Assembly (NCBI GenBank): GCA_000025185.1
Contig: CP001848.1
Location: forward strand, 90,001 to 122,000
Source of the DNA: Pirellula staleyi DSM 6068
GTDB taxonomy: Bacteria > Planctomycetota > Planctomycetia > Pirellulales > Pirellulaceae
Direction of reading: 5' to 3'
DNA: 32,000 bases
The notes under the pieces were generated by a model. That model was not told the DNA's origin. It searched no databases and saw nothing but the letters and a program-made list of their open reading frames with translations. The position numbers and the translations under genes are program-made. Positions 8,773-16,542 of the stretch are shown in pieces; within the stretch, counting starts at the first letter, position 1, and each line of letters begins with the position of its first letter.

Positions 8773-9774
8773 TTACGAGCGATAATTCTCGTGGCAAGCG
8801 GTGCAGGCTTTGCCAATTTCGGTCGATGCCGAGGAAGCTGCTTCGAAGTTCTTTAGCCGCACAGCTTCGGCGATCTCTTTGCCCGCCTTTTTCATTTGCT
8901 CGCAGAAGACTTTGTACTCGTCGTCATCGGCGTCCATCATCCCCTCTTTGGTCAGCACGTCGCCAATCACGGCAATGATCTCGGCGTCGTGCAGAATCTT
9001 ATCCGCGTTGGCGGTGAAGGAACCTTTGTCGGCGAGCGCCGGTTTCAGACGAGGTTCGTAAATGTTCTCGAGGTGCATCATCAGTGGCGAACGATCGCAA
9101 ACATTTGGCCAGGTGACTTTGGTTTCCGCTTCTTTCCCGGCATAAGGGGAACTGCCACTCAGCAGATCCTGCAACTCTTGCTTGCGCAGTTTGGCTTCCT
9201 GAAACACCTGCGATGTGCCGACCTTCGAGTTCGCGGCTGTTCGGCCAATGATGTCGCGAGCAGCAGGAGCATCTTTCTTCCAGCGCACTTCGCCGTCGTA
9301 GTCGCCAGCCACAGCAAACAGCATGGCGAGCATGCTGAAATCGCGGCGAGCAGCTTTGTAGCCCCGTCCGGCGAAATCGCTTGGCGTCGTAATCCCGGTA
9401 TCGATCACAAGCTTGAGGGCTTTGATCTCATCCTCGATCGTGGTGGGACTGATGAGTGCCGACCAACCGGTGCCACTGGTGGGTCCACCAGCGTTAGCCA
9501 TCGGGGCAGCTGCTCCACCAGAAGGGGCTGCAACAACAGCCTTGCTCAAGTCGGCGGGACGTCCACCCACCAGACCGTCGCGAAAGGCATCTTCGAAGAA
9601 GGTGGAATCATTCGCCGGGAAAGCTGGCGGCTTGGCGCGCGTGATCGTTTTCGGCGGCTTCTGCTGCGCGCTGGCGGTCGGAATCGCAGCCACGGCAAGC
9701 AGTCCGATGATCAACCAACTGGCAATGGCGGCGTTGCTGGCGAAAAGTTTTTCGACCCACAAATTTGAGCGCAT
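8773..9774 (-). CDS. Exported c-type cytochrome with a C-terminal class-II-like (cytochrome c-prime type) haem motif
   Basis: I use ATG 9774; the track begins 2 codons earlier at TTG. The signal peptide is AIASWLIIGLLAVAAIPTASA-Q. An Ala/Gly/Pro linker is followed by a helical domain ending KACTACHENYRS. A single CxxCH a few residues from the C-terminus is the class II cytochrome c arrangement. Confidence 0.7.
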   Translation of the reverse strand: MRSNLWVEKLFASNAAIASWLIIGLLAVAAIPTASAQQKPPKTITRAKPPAFPANDSTFFEDAFRDGLVGGRPADLSKAVVAAPSGGAAAPMANAGGPTSGTGWSALISPTTIEDEIKALKLVIDTGITTPSDFAGRGYKAARRDFSMLAMLFAVAGDYDGEVRWKKDAPAARDIIGRTAANSKVGTSQVFQEAKLRKQELQDLLSGSSPYAGKEAETKVTWPNVCDRSPLMMHLENIYEPRLKPALADKGSFTANADKILHDAEIIAVIGDVLTKEGMMDADDDEYKVFCEQMKKAGKEIAEAVRLKNFEAASSASTEIGKACTACHENYRS

Positions 9775-9955
9775 GGGCAAGTCTCTGTCGCAGCGGAGGA
9801 GATTGTTGGAGAAGCGTCGGCCACCCTAGCTGGCGTTTCGAGGGGACCTTCTACTTTACTTTACCTGGAAGCGCTCGGCCGGGCCAGGAAGTACTCAGGG
9901 AAGCTGCAAACCTCGGCTGATAAAGCCACTCCGATGGCAAGCGAAAGTGCCGCGA

Positions 9956-10666
9956 CTACTGCGGCGGCAGGTAGGGATTCGGCGGCAGTGGCGGCGTGAA
10001 TCCGGAATCGGCCGGAGCAGGCGTAAACCCTGTTGGCGGGCTGATGTACGTCTCGCCCGATCCGGGACGCATCCCAGCGCTTGGAGGTGGAGCCGAAACA
10101 CCATCGGGCAGGTAAAGCTGCGGCTCGCCTCCCGGCAAACCATCGCCAGGAAGTCCGATTTTCGGTGGCTGGCTCTGCTCAGCAGCGGCTGCGGCACCCG
10201 GTGGCAAGCTGGTCACACCACCACCGCGAACTTGATCGCGCAGCGATTGTGCACGCGACTGAAGTTGTTCTGGGGGAACCACTTCCTGCGGCACGAGGGT
10301 GACATCGACGATCCGCTCATCGCGGAACTCACGTGTCGTGAGATTCTCGGCCGCGAAATCGAGTGGCGGAATTTGGTACCACGGCGGCGAAATCTCTTGG
10401 TATAGCGTTTCGGTGCGATAGCCATCTTTGATGATCGTGAGCTTACGCGTGCCGTAATAGATGAAATTGGTCGAGCACGGCGTAACCCCTACCTCTTGGT
10501 CGTCAACAAACACCTGAGCACCCGGAGGAAAAGTGCGGACTGTTAATCGACGACGAACGCAGCCTGTCGAGAACAAACAGAGCACTACAAGCAACCCAAT
10601 CACAGACCACCGGCCCGTGGGGCTGGAAGTGCGGCGTGCTTCGGGTGAATGTGTCTGCGTGGTCAT
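9956..10666 (-). CDS. PEGA-domain lipoprotein with a Pro-rich C-terminal tail
   Basis: ATG at 10666. A lipobox-like VLCLFSTGC follows the hydrophobic segment. LTVRTFPPGAQVFVDDQEVGVTPCSTNFIYYGTRKLTIIKDGYRTE is a PEGA domain. The C-terminal 90 aa are Pro/Gly rich. Confidence 0.7.
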   Translation of the reverse strand: MTTQTHSPEARRTSSPTGRWSVIGLLVVLCLFSTGCVRRRLTVRTFPPGAQVFVDDQEVGVTPCSTNFIYYGTRKLTIIKDGYRTETLYQEISPPWYQIPPLDFAAENLTTREFRDERIVDVTLVPQEVVPPEQLQSRAQSLRDQVRGGGVTSLPPGAAAAAEQSQPPKIGLPGDGLPGGEPQLYLPDGVSAPPPSAGMRPGSGETYISPPTGFTPAPADSGFTPPLPPNPYLPPQ

Positions 10667-10914
10667 GAAAATCGTGGCTGGTTGTGGGGGAAAATCGCGG
10701 CGGGAGTTTAGCGAGAGCTGCGGGCCGCGTGTAGAGCAACTTCTGATCCTGCCTGCTGATCCTGACTCCTCCATTTTGGGCAACTTGGGCAGAGATCGAT
10801 GAACATTGATATTCGAGCTGCGTAAACGCTGTTACTCATTTCAGTGACAAACCAAGGATGGGGCGACTGCATCGCGTAGTTCGGAATTGACCCTTCCCCC
10901 GCATCGCTCCTACA

Positions 10915-13512
10915 ATGCAATTCCTTTCCTTCACCGCAACTAACCACAGTCGTGCCATGCCTTTAGATCTCTTTACTGCCACCGCTTGGCGAATCGTTCG
11001 TCAGGGACTTATCGCGGCAACTTTGCTCGGACTGGTAGTTTGCGCAAACTCGGCAAAGGGAGTTGATCCCAACCGGACTGCCGACCCTACCCGTCCGATT
11101 GCCCCTGCTGGCGAACTCGATGCGCCGTTCGACCCGAGTGCTCCGGCATCGGAAGGTGCGTCACAGCCAAGGTTTAACTTGCCCGCTGCCCTTCCCGGTC
11201 TGGCTGGTGACGGCGGAATCGCTGGTGGTTTGGGGCTTGGCGATAGCAGTGGCGAGCATGTCTTTTTCAGTGCCAAGCTGACAGCCGAGGAAGGAACCAA
11301 CCGTGGCACCATCTCGCTGACAGCCGACATCGAACAAGGGTTTCACATCTATTCGATCACTCAGCCTCCCAAAGGGCCGCAAAAGTCGGTGATCGAGCTG
11401 GTTCCGCATCCGCAAGTCAAGCTCTCAGGACGGTTTACGCCCGATCAGGAACCCAAACTGCACGACACGGGAATCTTCCCGGTGCTGGCCGAGGAACATA
11501 CGGGCAAAATCACCTGGAGCGCTCCGGTCGAGTTCTCTGAAGGTGTTAATCCTGAGGAACTTACGCTCGAGATTAGTTTCCAGGGCCAAGTTTGCGACGA
11601 CATCAAAGGAAGCTGCCAAAACATCGAACCGACCAAGGTTGCTGCAAAGTTCAGTGGCACCACTCAGCCCGCTGAATCGTCAGGTGTCTACCTCCCCAAA
11701 TTTGGCAAACTGAAACTCGAAGGAACGATCGAACCCGCCGTCGCCAACCCTGGCTCGGTCATCACCGTCACGATTAAGGCAACTCCGATCGATGGCTACC
11801 ACGTTTACGCCTACGCACCCGTCGATCGTCCAGATGTGATTGCGAATAAGCCAACGCTGATCGATATTTCGCGGCGGCTCGGCTGGAAGATGGGAGAGGT
11901 CAAAGCCTCGAGCGAGCCAATCTTCAAGAAAGGGGACGCCGTTGTCGGCGACTCGTACTACCACGAAGAGCCGATCACTTGGACCACCACGGTGGCCGTG
12001 CCAATGGAAGCCACCTTCGGCGACTTCGATCTGGTGGGCTATATCGGCTATCAAACCTGCCTCGACACCAGTTGTCTGCAGCCAACCGGTGCCCAGTTCA
12101 AGGCCACCGTGACCGTGAGCCAGGATTCACCGAGCGGTGTCCAAAAACTCGCCTTCTCGGATTACAGCTACGCCAAAGTCGCCGAGCTTGCCAAAGAGTC
12201 GTCCGAGTTGAAACTCGCCGCCTCACCAAGCGGGCGCGATCTGCCGATCAACTGGGGCACACTGACGCCGATCTTGGGACTCGCCTTCTTGGGCGGGCTC
12301 ATCCTGAACCTGATGCCGTGCGTCTTGCCGGTGCTGGGGCTCAAGATCCTTTCCTTTGCGAAACAAGGTGGTCAAAGCCGCAGCAAAGTCATTCTGCTCA
12401 ATGTCGCCTATACCGCAGGCCTCTTATCAGTGTTTCTCGTCCTAGCTGCCCTCGTGGCGTTCGCCAACATGGGTTGGGGCGAGCAGTTCACGCAGCTCTG
12501 GTTCCGCGTCACCGTCACTGCGATTGTGTTTGTGATGTCGCTCAGCTTTTTGGGTGTATGGGAACTCCCGATTCCCGGTTTTGCAACCTCGGAAAAAGCG
12601 AGCGAACTGCAGAGCCAAGAAGGTGTGCAAGGTGCGTATTACAAGGGGATTTTCACCACGGTGATCGCTACCCCTTGCAGCGGACCGTTCCTCGGAACGG
12701 TGCTGGGGCTGACGCTCGATCAGCCGATCCCCGCGATCTTTATGATCTTCACGATGGCCGGTCTCGGCATGGCTTCCCCTTATTTGCTCGTGGGTCTATT
12801 CCCACAACTTTCGCGAGTGATTCCTAAGCCTGGCGCTTGGATGGAAACGTTCGAGCGTCTACTCGGCTTCCTGATGCTGCTGGCTGCTGTGGTGCAATTC
12901 TCCACGATCGGCGCCGAGCACTACACCGCTGCCCTGATGCTGATGGTCGGACTCGCTTTTGCCTGCTGGATGATCGGCCGCGTCCCCGAAACGGCCACCA
13001 CCAATCAGAAAATCAGTAGCTGGTTTACCGGAACCGCTGTGGCAGCCACGATTGGCTTTCTCGCCTTCGCCTTCCTGACAGCTCCGCACGCAAGTGAAGA
13101 ATTGCCGTGGCAGCCATACTCCAAAGCGAGCCTCGCGCAGCTGCAGAGTGAGGGTAAAACGGTGCTCGTCGATTTCACGGCCGATTGGTGCCTCACCTGC
13201 CAGTACAACTCGCGCACCGCGATCAACACCCCCAAGGTGCAAGAGTTGGTGAAGAAGAACGGCGTCGTGACGCTGCTGGCCGACTGGACGAATCCCTCGC
13301 CCGAAATCAAAGACCAGCTGACTGCCCTTCGCAAAGCTTCGATTCCGCTGCTGGTGGTTTACCCTGCCGGAAAACCGCAAGACGCGATCGTCCTGCCCGA
13401 CCTGATTTTCGAGAACCAGGTGATCGAAGCCCTGGAAAAAGCGGGTCCTTCGCAGGGAGAGAGTGCCGCCGCACAAGCGGTGGTGGGGTCGACGAATCAC
13501 GCCGCACGCTAG
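10915..13512 (+). CDS. DsbD-family thiol:disulfide reductase with two tandem DsbD-N-like periplasmic domains, a CcdA-type membrane core and a C-terminal thioredoxin domain
   Basis: 865 aa. There are two N-terminal repeats, each ending in a Cys pair: FQGQVCDDIKGSCQN and GYQTCLDTSCLQP. The membrane core carries LILNLMPCVLPVLGLK and VIATPCSGPFLG, the two conserved CcdA/DsbD cysteines. The C-terminus has DFTADWCLTCQYN (a thioredoxin CxxC). The start could instead be ATG 10957. Confidence 0.9.
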   Translation: MQFLSFTATNHSRAMPLDLFTATAWRIVRQGLIAATLLGLVVCANSAKGVDPNRTADPTRPIAPAGELDAPFDPSAPASEGASQPRFNLPAALPGLAGDGGIAGGLGLGDSSGEHVFFSAKLTAEEGTNRGTISLTADIEQGFHIYSITQPPKGPQKSVIELVPHPQVKLSGRFTPDQEPKLHDTGIFPVLAEEHTGKITWSAPVEFSEGVNPEELTLEISFQGQVCDDIKGSCQNIEPTKVAAKFSGTTQPAESSGVYLPKFGKLKLEGTIEPAVANPGSVITVTIKATPIDGYHVYAYAPVDRPDVIANKPTLIDISRRLGWKMGEVKASSEPIFKKGDAVVGDSYYHEEPITWTTTVAVPMEATFGDFDLVGYIGYQTCLDTSCLQPTGAQFKATVTVSQDSPSGVQKLAFSDYSYAKVAELAKESSELKLAASPSGRDLPINWGTLTPILGLAFLGGLILNLMPCVLPVLGLKILSFAKQGGQSRSKVILLNVAYTAGLLSVFLVLAALVAFANMGWGEQFTQLWFRVTVTAIVFVMSLSFLGVWELPIPGFATSEKASELQSQEGVQGAYYKGIFTTVIATPCSGPFLGTVLGLTLDQPIPAIFMIFTMAGLGMASPYLLVGLFPQLSRVIPKPGAWMETFERLLGFLMLLAAVVQFSTIGAEHYTAALMLMVGLAFACWMIGRVPETATTNQKISSWFTGTAVAATIGFLAFAFLTAPHASEELPWQPYSKASLAQLQSEGKTVLVDFTADWCLTCQYNSRTAINTPKVQELVKKNGVVTLLADWTNPSPEIKDQLTALRKASIPLLVVYPAGKPQDAIVLPDLIFENQVIEALEKAGPSQGESAAAQAVVGSTNHAAR

Positions 13513-13561
13513 ATACTCTAGGGATACCATCAGCTAGCAAGTCGCGCGCAACATTCTTTCT

Positions 13562-13600
13562 GCTTACGGGGCTCGTTGCTCCCGTAAGCCTGTTGTTGTC
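13562..13600 (+). terminator. Putative intrinsic terminator after the DsbD-family gene
   Basis: A perfect 9-bp stem GCTTACGGG (13562-13570) / CCCGTAAGC (13581-13589) with a 10-nt loop, followed by the T-rich CTGTTGTTGTC. Confidence 0.5.
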
Positions 13601-13698
13601 GATCTCCTCAAAGTGCACGCCCCAGTGCGTCTTCCGAGGGGACTTCGCCTGCGCCACTTTTGCTCGCCACCAGTCCCTAGCCCCCAGCCGCTTCTCCC

Positions 13699-15270
13699 AT
13701 GTACGCTCCCCCTGTCCGCCGTGCGATCATTAGTGTCAGCGACAAAACCGGCCTGGCTTCGTTTGCCAAAGGGCTCGTCGCCTGTGGAGTCGAAATCTAT
13801 AGCACCGGTGGAACGCGCAAGCACCTGATCGATCATGGTGTCGCAGCGCGCGACGTGGCTGAGTACACCCAGTTTCCCGAAATGCTCGATGGCCGTGTAA
13901 AAACGCTCCATCCCAAAATCTTCGGTGGGATTTTGGTCCGTCACGATCAGCCGGAAGATCTCGAACTGATCGCCGAGCATGGAATCGTGACGATGGAACT
14001 GGTGGTGGTAAATCTCTACCCGTTCCAGGAGACAATTGCTCGCGAAGGGGTGACGCGCGAAGAGGCGATCGAGCAGATCGACATCGGTGGGCCGAGCCTC
14101 GTCCGCGCTGCTGCCAAGAACCACGCCTTCACCAGCATCGTCACCTCGGCCGAGCAGTACGGCGAAGTGCTGGGCGAAATCCGGGCGCACGGTGCGACGT
14201 CGCTCGAGCTGCGACGTAAACTCGCGGGCCGAGCGTTTGCCAAAACAGCCGACTACGACACCGCCATTGCCGCCTACTTTGCCAAGCAAGAAGGGGACGA
14301 TTCGATCTTCCCCAAGCAGCTGGCATTGACCTTCGATCGTCAAACAGAACTGCGTTACGGCGAGAACTCGCACCAGCGTGGCGCCGTCTATCAAACACGC
14401 GGCAGCAGCGGCCCGAGTCTCGTGACCGCGAAGCAGCTTAACGGCAAAGAGCTGTCGTACAACAACCTGCTCGATCTCGATAGCGCGCTGGCCATTGTGC
14501 GCGGCATCGAGATGCCTGCCGTCACCGTCATCAAGCACAACAATCCGTGCGGCGCAGCCACGGGCGACAGCATCTCGCTTGCCTGCAGCAAAGCGCTCGC
14601 CGGTGATCCGCAGAGTGCCTTTGGTGGAGTGCTCGGTTTCAATCGCGTTCTCGACATCGCGACCGCCGAACTCCTGAGCACGCCGGGGCTGTTTATCGAA
14701 GCGATCGTCGCCCCCGATTTTCACCCAGCCGCGGTGGAAATCCTCCGTACACGTCCGAAGTGGAAAGCGAACGTTCGGCTCTTAAGCGTCGGCCCGCTCG
14801 ATCGCCCCCCCACCGCCATCAGCTACCGTCAGATCGAGGGTGGCATGCTGGTGCAGGAAGCCGACGTTGGTCGCGATCTGCCGAGCGACTGGAAAGTGGT
14901 CACCACCACAACGCCACCTCCTGAAGTCACGCGCGACCTCGCCTTTGGCTGGGAGATGGTCCGCCACGTGAAGAGCAACGCCATCGTCGTCGTGAAAGAC
15001 ACCATGCTTCTCGGGTGTGGTGCCGGCCAGATGAGCCGCGTCGACTCGGTCGAGATTTCCCTCACCAAAGCGGGCGAACGATCGACCGGCGCTGTCCTCG
15101 CCAGCGATGCTTTCTTCCCTTTTGCCGACTCAATCGAGCGTGCCGCCAAAGCGGGCATCATCGCCATCATTCAGCCCGGCGGCAGCGTCCGCGACGAAGA
15201 AGTGATCGCCGCCTGCAATCAGCACAACATCGCCATGATCTTCACCGGCCGCCGCCACTTCAAACACTAA
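13699..15270 (+). CDS. purH: Bifunctional AICAR transformylase / IMP cyclohydrolase
   Basis: 523 aa. RRAIISVSDKTGLASFAKGLVACGVEIYSTGGTRKHL is the MGS-like IMP cyclohydrolase domain. Also present are VKTLHPKIFGGIL, VVVNLYPF, IKHNNPCGAA and the canonical end FTGRRHFKH. Confidence 0.97.
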   Translation: MYAPPVRRAIISVSDKTGLASFAKGLVACGVEIYSTGGTRKHLIDHGVAARDVAEYTQFPEMLDGRVKTLHPKIFGGILVRHDQPEDLELIAEHGIVTMELVVVNLYPFQETIAREGVTREEAIEQIDIGGPSLVRAAAKNHAFTSIVTSAEQYGEVLGEIRAHGATSLELRRKLAGRAFAKTADYDTAIAAYFAKQEGDDSIFPKQLALTFDRQTELRYGENSHQRGAVYQTRGSSGPSLVTAKQLNGKELSYNNLLDLDSALAIVRGIEMPAVTVIKHNNPCGAATGDSISLACSKALAGDPQSAFGGVLGFNRVLDIATAELLSTPGLFIEAIVAPDFHPAAVEILRTRPKWKANVRLLSVGPLDRPPTAISYRQIEGGMLVQEADVGRDLPSDWKVVTTTTPPPEVTRDLAFGWEMVRHVKSNAIVVVKDTMLLGCGAGQMSRVDSVEISLTKAGERSTGAVLASDAFFPFADSIERAAKAGIIAIIQPGGSVRDEEVIAACNQHNIAMIFTGRRHFKH

Positions 15271-15316
15271 GCCTCCGTCGCTCGGTTGCCATCAGACTGT
15301 GTTAGCAGGACAAATA

Positions 15317-15376
15317 TGTAGGTCAGGTACTCCGTACCTGACAGCCTGGGTGGCACTGCTGGCTTGTCCAGCAGTG
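15317..15376 (+). repeat. Composite REP-like unit 1: module A hairpin plus module B hairpin
   Basis: Module A is TGTAGGTCAGGTACtccGTACCTGACAGC at 15317-15345, with a 9-bp stem 15322-15330 / 15334-15342. Module B is CTGGGTGG CACTGCTGGcttgtCCAGCAGTG at 15346-15376, with a 9-bp stem 15354-15362 / 15368-15376. Confidence 0.8.
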
Positions 15377-15417
15377 AGAATCACAAAGCAGGGTGACATT
15401 GATCGATGAACGCAGCA

Positions 15418-15446
15418 GTAGGTCACTTACGCGCGTACCTGACAGC
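15418..15446 (+). repeat. REP-like module A, degenerate copy
   Basis: GTAGGTCACTTACgcgcGTACCTGACAGC has the same ends (GTAGGTCA...GTACCTGACAGC) as 15318-15345, but its left arm is mutated. Confidence 0.7.
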
Positions 15447-15455
15447 TCGTAACTC

Positions 15456-15482
15456 GTAGGGCAGGTGCCTTACCTGCCTACA
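15456..15482 (+). repeat. REP-like module A variant
   Basis: GTAGGGCAGGTgcctTACCTGCCTACA forms a hairpin GTAGG(G)CAGGT / ACCTGCCTAC. It is related to module A by GTAGG..CAGGT...TACCTG. Confidence 0.6.
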
Positions 15483-15540
15483 CCGCACAAGCGTCTACAA
15501 TTCTGTATTGAGCTACGCCTCGCTCCCCTGCTGACGTCTG

Positions 15541-15567
15541 CTGGGTGCCACTGGCATCTTGCCAGTG
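15541..15567 (+). repeat. REP-like module B, second copy
   Basis: CTGGGTGC CACTGGCAtctTGCCAGTG has an 8-bp stem 15549-15556 / 15560-15567. It shares the CTGGGTG(G/C)CACTG leader with 15346-15358. Confidence 0.7.
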
Positions 15568-15732
15568 CAGACCCTCCATTAACCCCAGCTACCCAGCTGA
15601 AGCTTAGGCGAAGTTCTACCAGCAGCCTCTAGCTCGATCGACCCCAACATCGATCACCACAGGCCAGATATTGAACTTCTGCCCTACGAACTAGCTCAAA
15701 GCAAAACCCCACCCTCACCTTTTGGTGTTTAC

Positions 15733-16035
15733 ATGGTGAAACTGCTACGATTTACTTTGCGTGACTATTTCTGGCTGGTGACTTGCCTAGCATTATCTAT
15801 TGGCTGGTACACAAGCAGTATTCACCTCACGGAGAAGATTGCGTCACTTCAAGCGAAGCTTGAAATGAGTGATCAGGGATTCTTGCTAAGTTGGTTCGAA
15901 GACTTCTTACGTGAGGAGGGCATACAAATGAAGTGGAGACCCGCAACTCATTCGGTAGCATTGAGTTCCGAGAAGACTGGGCGGAGCGTAAGTATTGGCG
16001 GTGATGTTGTCTTAAAAAACATGCCGCAAAAGTAA
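15733..16035 (+). CDS. Small membrane-anchored hypothetical protein (100 aa) in an AT-richer islet
   Basis: ATG at 15733. MVKLLRFTLRDYFWLVTCLALSIGWY matches the (R/K)F(S/T)LRxxxxxVTxxAxxxGW N-terminal anchor that recurs in many small planctomycete proteins, as I recall it. A short coiled segment follows (EKIASLQAKLE). The first 60 nt have 27 G+C, against 36 of 60 near the end of purH. Confidence 0.55.
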   Translation: MVKLLRFTLRDYFWLVTCLALSIGWYTSSIHLTEKIASLQAKLEMSDQGFLLSWFEDFLREEGIQMKWRPATHSVALSSEKTGRSVSIGGDVVLKNMPQK

Positions 16036-16056
16036 CGCAACCAAGCCCTGGAGCTC

Positions 16057-16085
16057 TGTAGGTCAGGTACGCCATACCTGACAGC
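16057..16085 (+). repeat. REP-like module A, well-conserved copy
   Basis: TGTAGGTCAGGTAcgccaTACCTGACAGC has a stem 16062-16069 / 16075-16082. Outside the loop region it is identical to 15317-15345. It lies 22 nt after the stop of the 15733 ORF. Confidence 0.8.
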
Positions 16086-16177
16086 ACCTAACACACGTAG
16101 TCCATGGCCATAATCCATGCAGAGCAACAAAATCTCTCCTTGCCATATCCGTGACTAATTGCACGCCTCTAAGAATT

Positions 16178-16206
16178 CTGTCAGGCACAGGGCACCTAAC
16201 CTGCCA
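16178..16206 (-). repeat. REP-like module A, degenerate copy in inverted orientation
   Basis: CTGTCAGGCACAGGGCACCTAACCTGCCA aligns with the reverse complement of unit 1 (GCTGTCAGGTACGGAGTACCTGACCTACA) at 22 of 28 positions by hand alignment. Confidence 0.55.
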
Positions 16207-16220
16207 ATTAAGGGCAATTG

Positions 16221-16532
16221 ATGGACGGAATTACAAGCATCGACAAAGTGGTTGCTATGTATGAGGTTACCTTCAGCCACGCAATCGTTCCTAATATGCA
16301 AGCTAAGGTAAAAGTGTTGTCGCGTTCGATCGGCGACTTTATGGCGAGAATCAACGTAGCACGCATTGATAGGCAGCTGGGCTTTAGTGCCGGAGAATGT
16401 GGCTTAGGTGATACAGAGCAAGAAGCACTCGATGACTTGTTGACGCGATTCGTTCAGGATGCCCGCATGCACATGCCGCCCAACGGATACTTGAGTAGCG
16501 ATTTCGAGTGGATATCCGCAGATGAGTTCTAG
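16221..16532 (+). CDS. Small acidic hypothetical protein (103 aa) with a possible HicB/UPF0150-like motif
   Basis: ATG at 16221; the track opens one codon earlier at TTG. It is AT-richer than the flanking genes. CGLGDTEQEALDDLLTRFVQDA resembles the G-x-(S/Q)-G-D-T-x-E-E-A-L motif of HicB/UPF0150 proteins. The match rests on my recollection of that motif and is untested. Its stop is 10 nt from the convergent EamA gene stop. Confidence 0.45.
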   Translation: MDGITSIDKVVAMYEVTFSHAIVPNMQAKVKVLSRSIGDFMARINVARIDRQLGFSAGECGLGDTEQEALDDLLTRFVQDARMHMPPNGYLSSDFEWISADEF

Positions 16533-16542
16533 CCAATAAGCT

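Noticed and set aside
13513-13698. Possible ZTP (pfl) riboswitch upstream of purH. I made the same check on the glyA leader at 30553-30913, read on the minus strand. Both genes are classic ZTP-regulated targets.
   Set aside because: I looked for the conserved ACUGGCG junction and the CCGCCUGGGC pseudoknot partner. The purH leader has only a partial CGCCTGCGCC and no matching GGCG-containing 5-prime domain. The glyA leader has neither element. A covariance-model scan (Rfam RF01750) would settle it.
13564-14724. Long ORFs antisense to well-supported genes: 386 aa opposite purH, 330 aa (29086-30078) opposite glyA, 290 aa (8896-9768) opposite the cytochrome gene, 288 aa (1309-2175) opposite the oxidoreductase, 266 aa (24553-25353) opposite the carboxyltransferase and 233 aa (8096-8797).
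   Set aside because: These are typical high-GC shadow ORFs. Their sequences are Arg/Gly/Ala/His-rich and low in complexity, with no recognisable motifs, and each fully overlaps a gene with unambiguous family signatures.
15317-16206. The clustered short repeats might be a CRISPR array.
   Set aside because: The repeats are individually palindromic 27-30-mers of two different types. They are degenerate rather than identical, irregularly spaced (tens to hundreds of bp), include one inverted copy and are interrupted by ORFs. No cas genes are present. This pattern is REP-like, not CRISPR.
15271-16542. The islet as a classical mobile element, such as an IS, a MITE with cargo or an integrative element.
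   Set aside because: There is no transposase, integrase or recombinase ORF and no tRNA attachment site. I could identify no terminal inverted repeats with target-site duplications. Only REP-like hairpins are present, so I keep it as a compositional islet.
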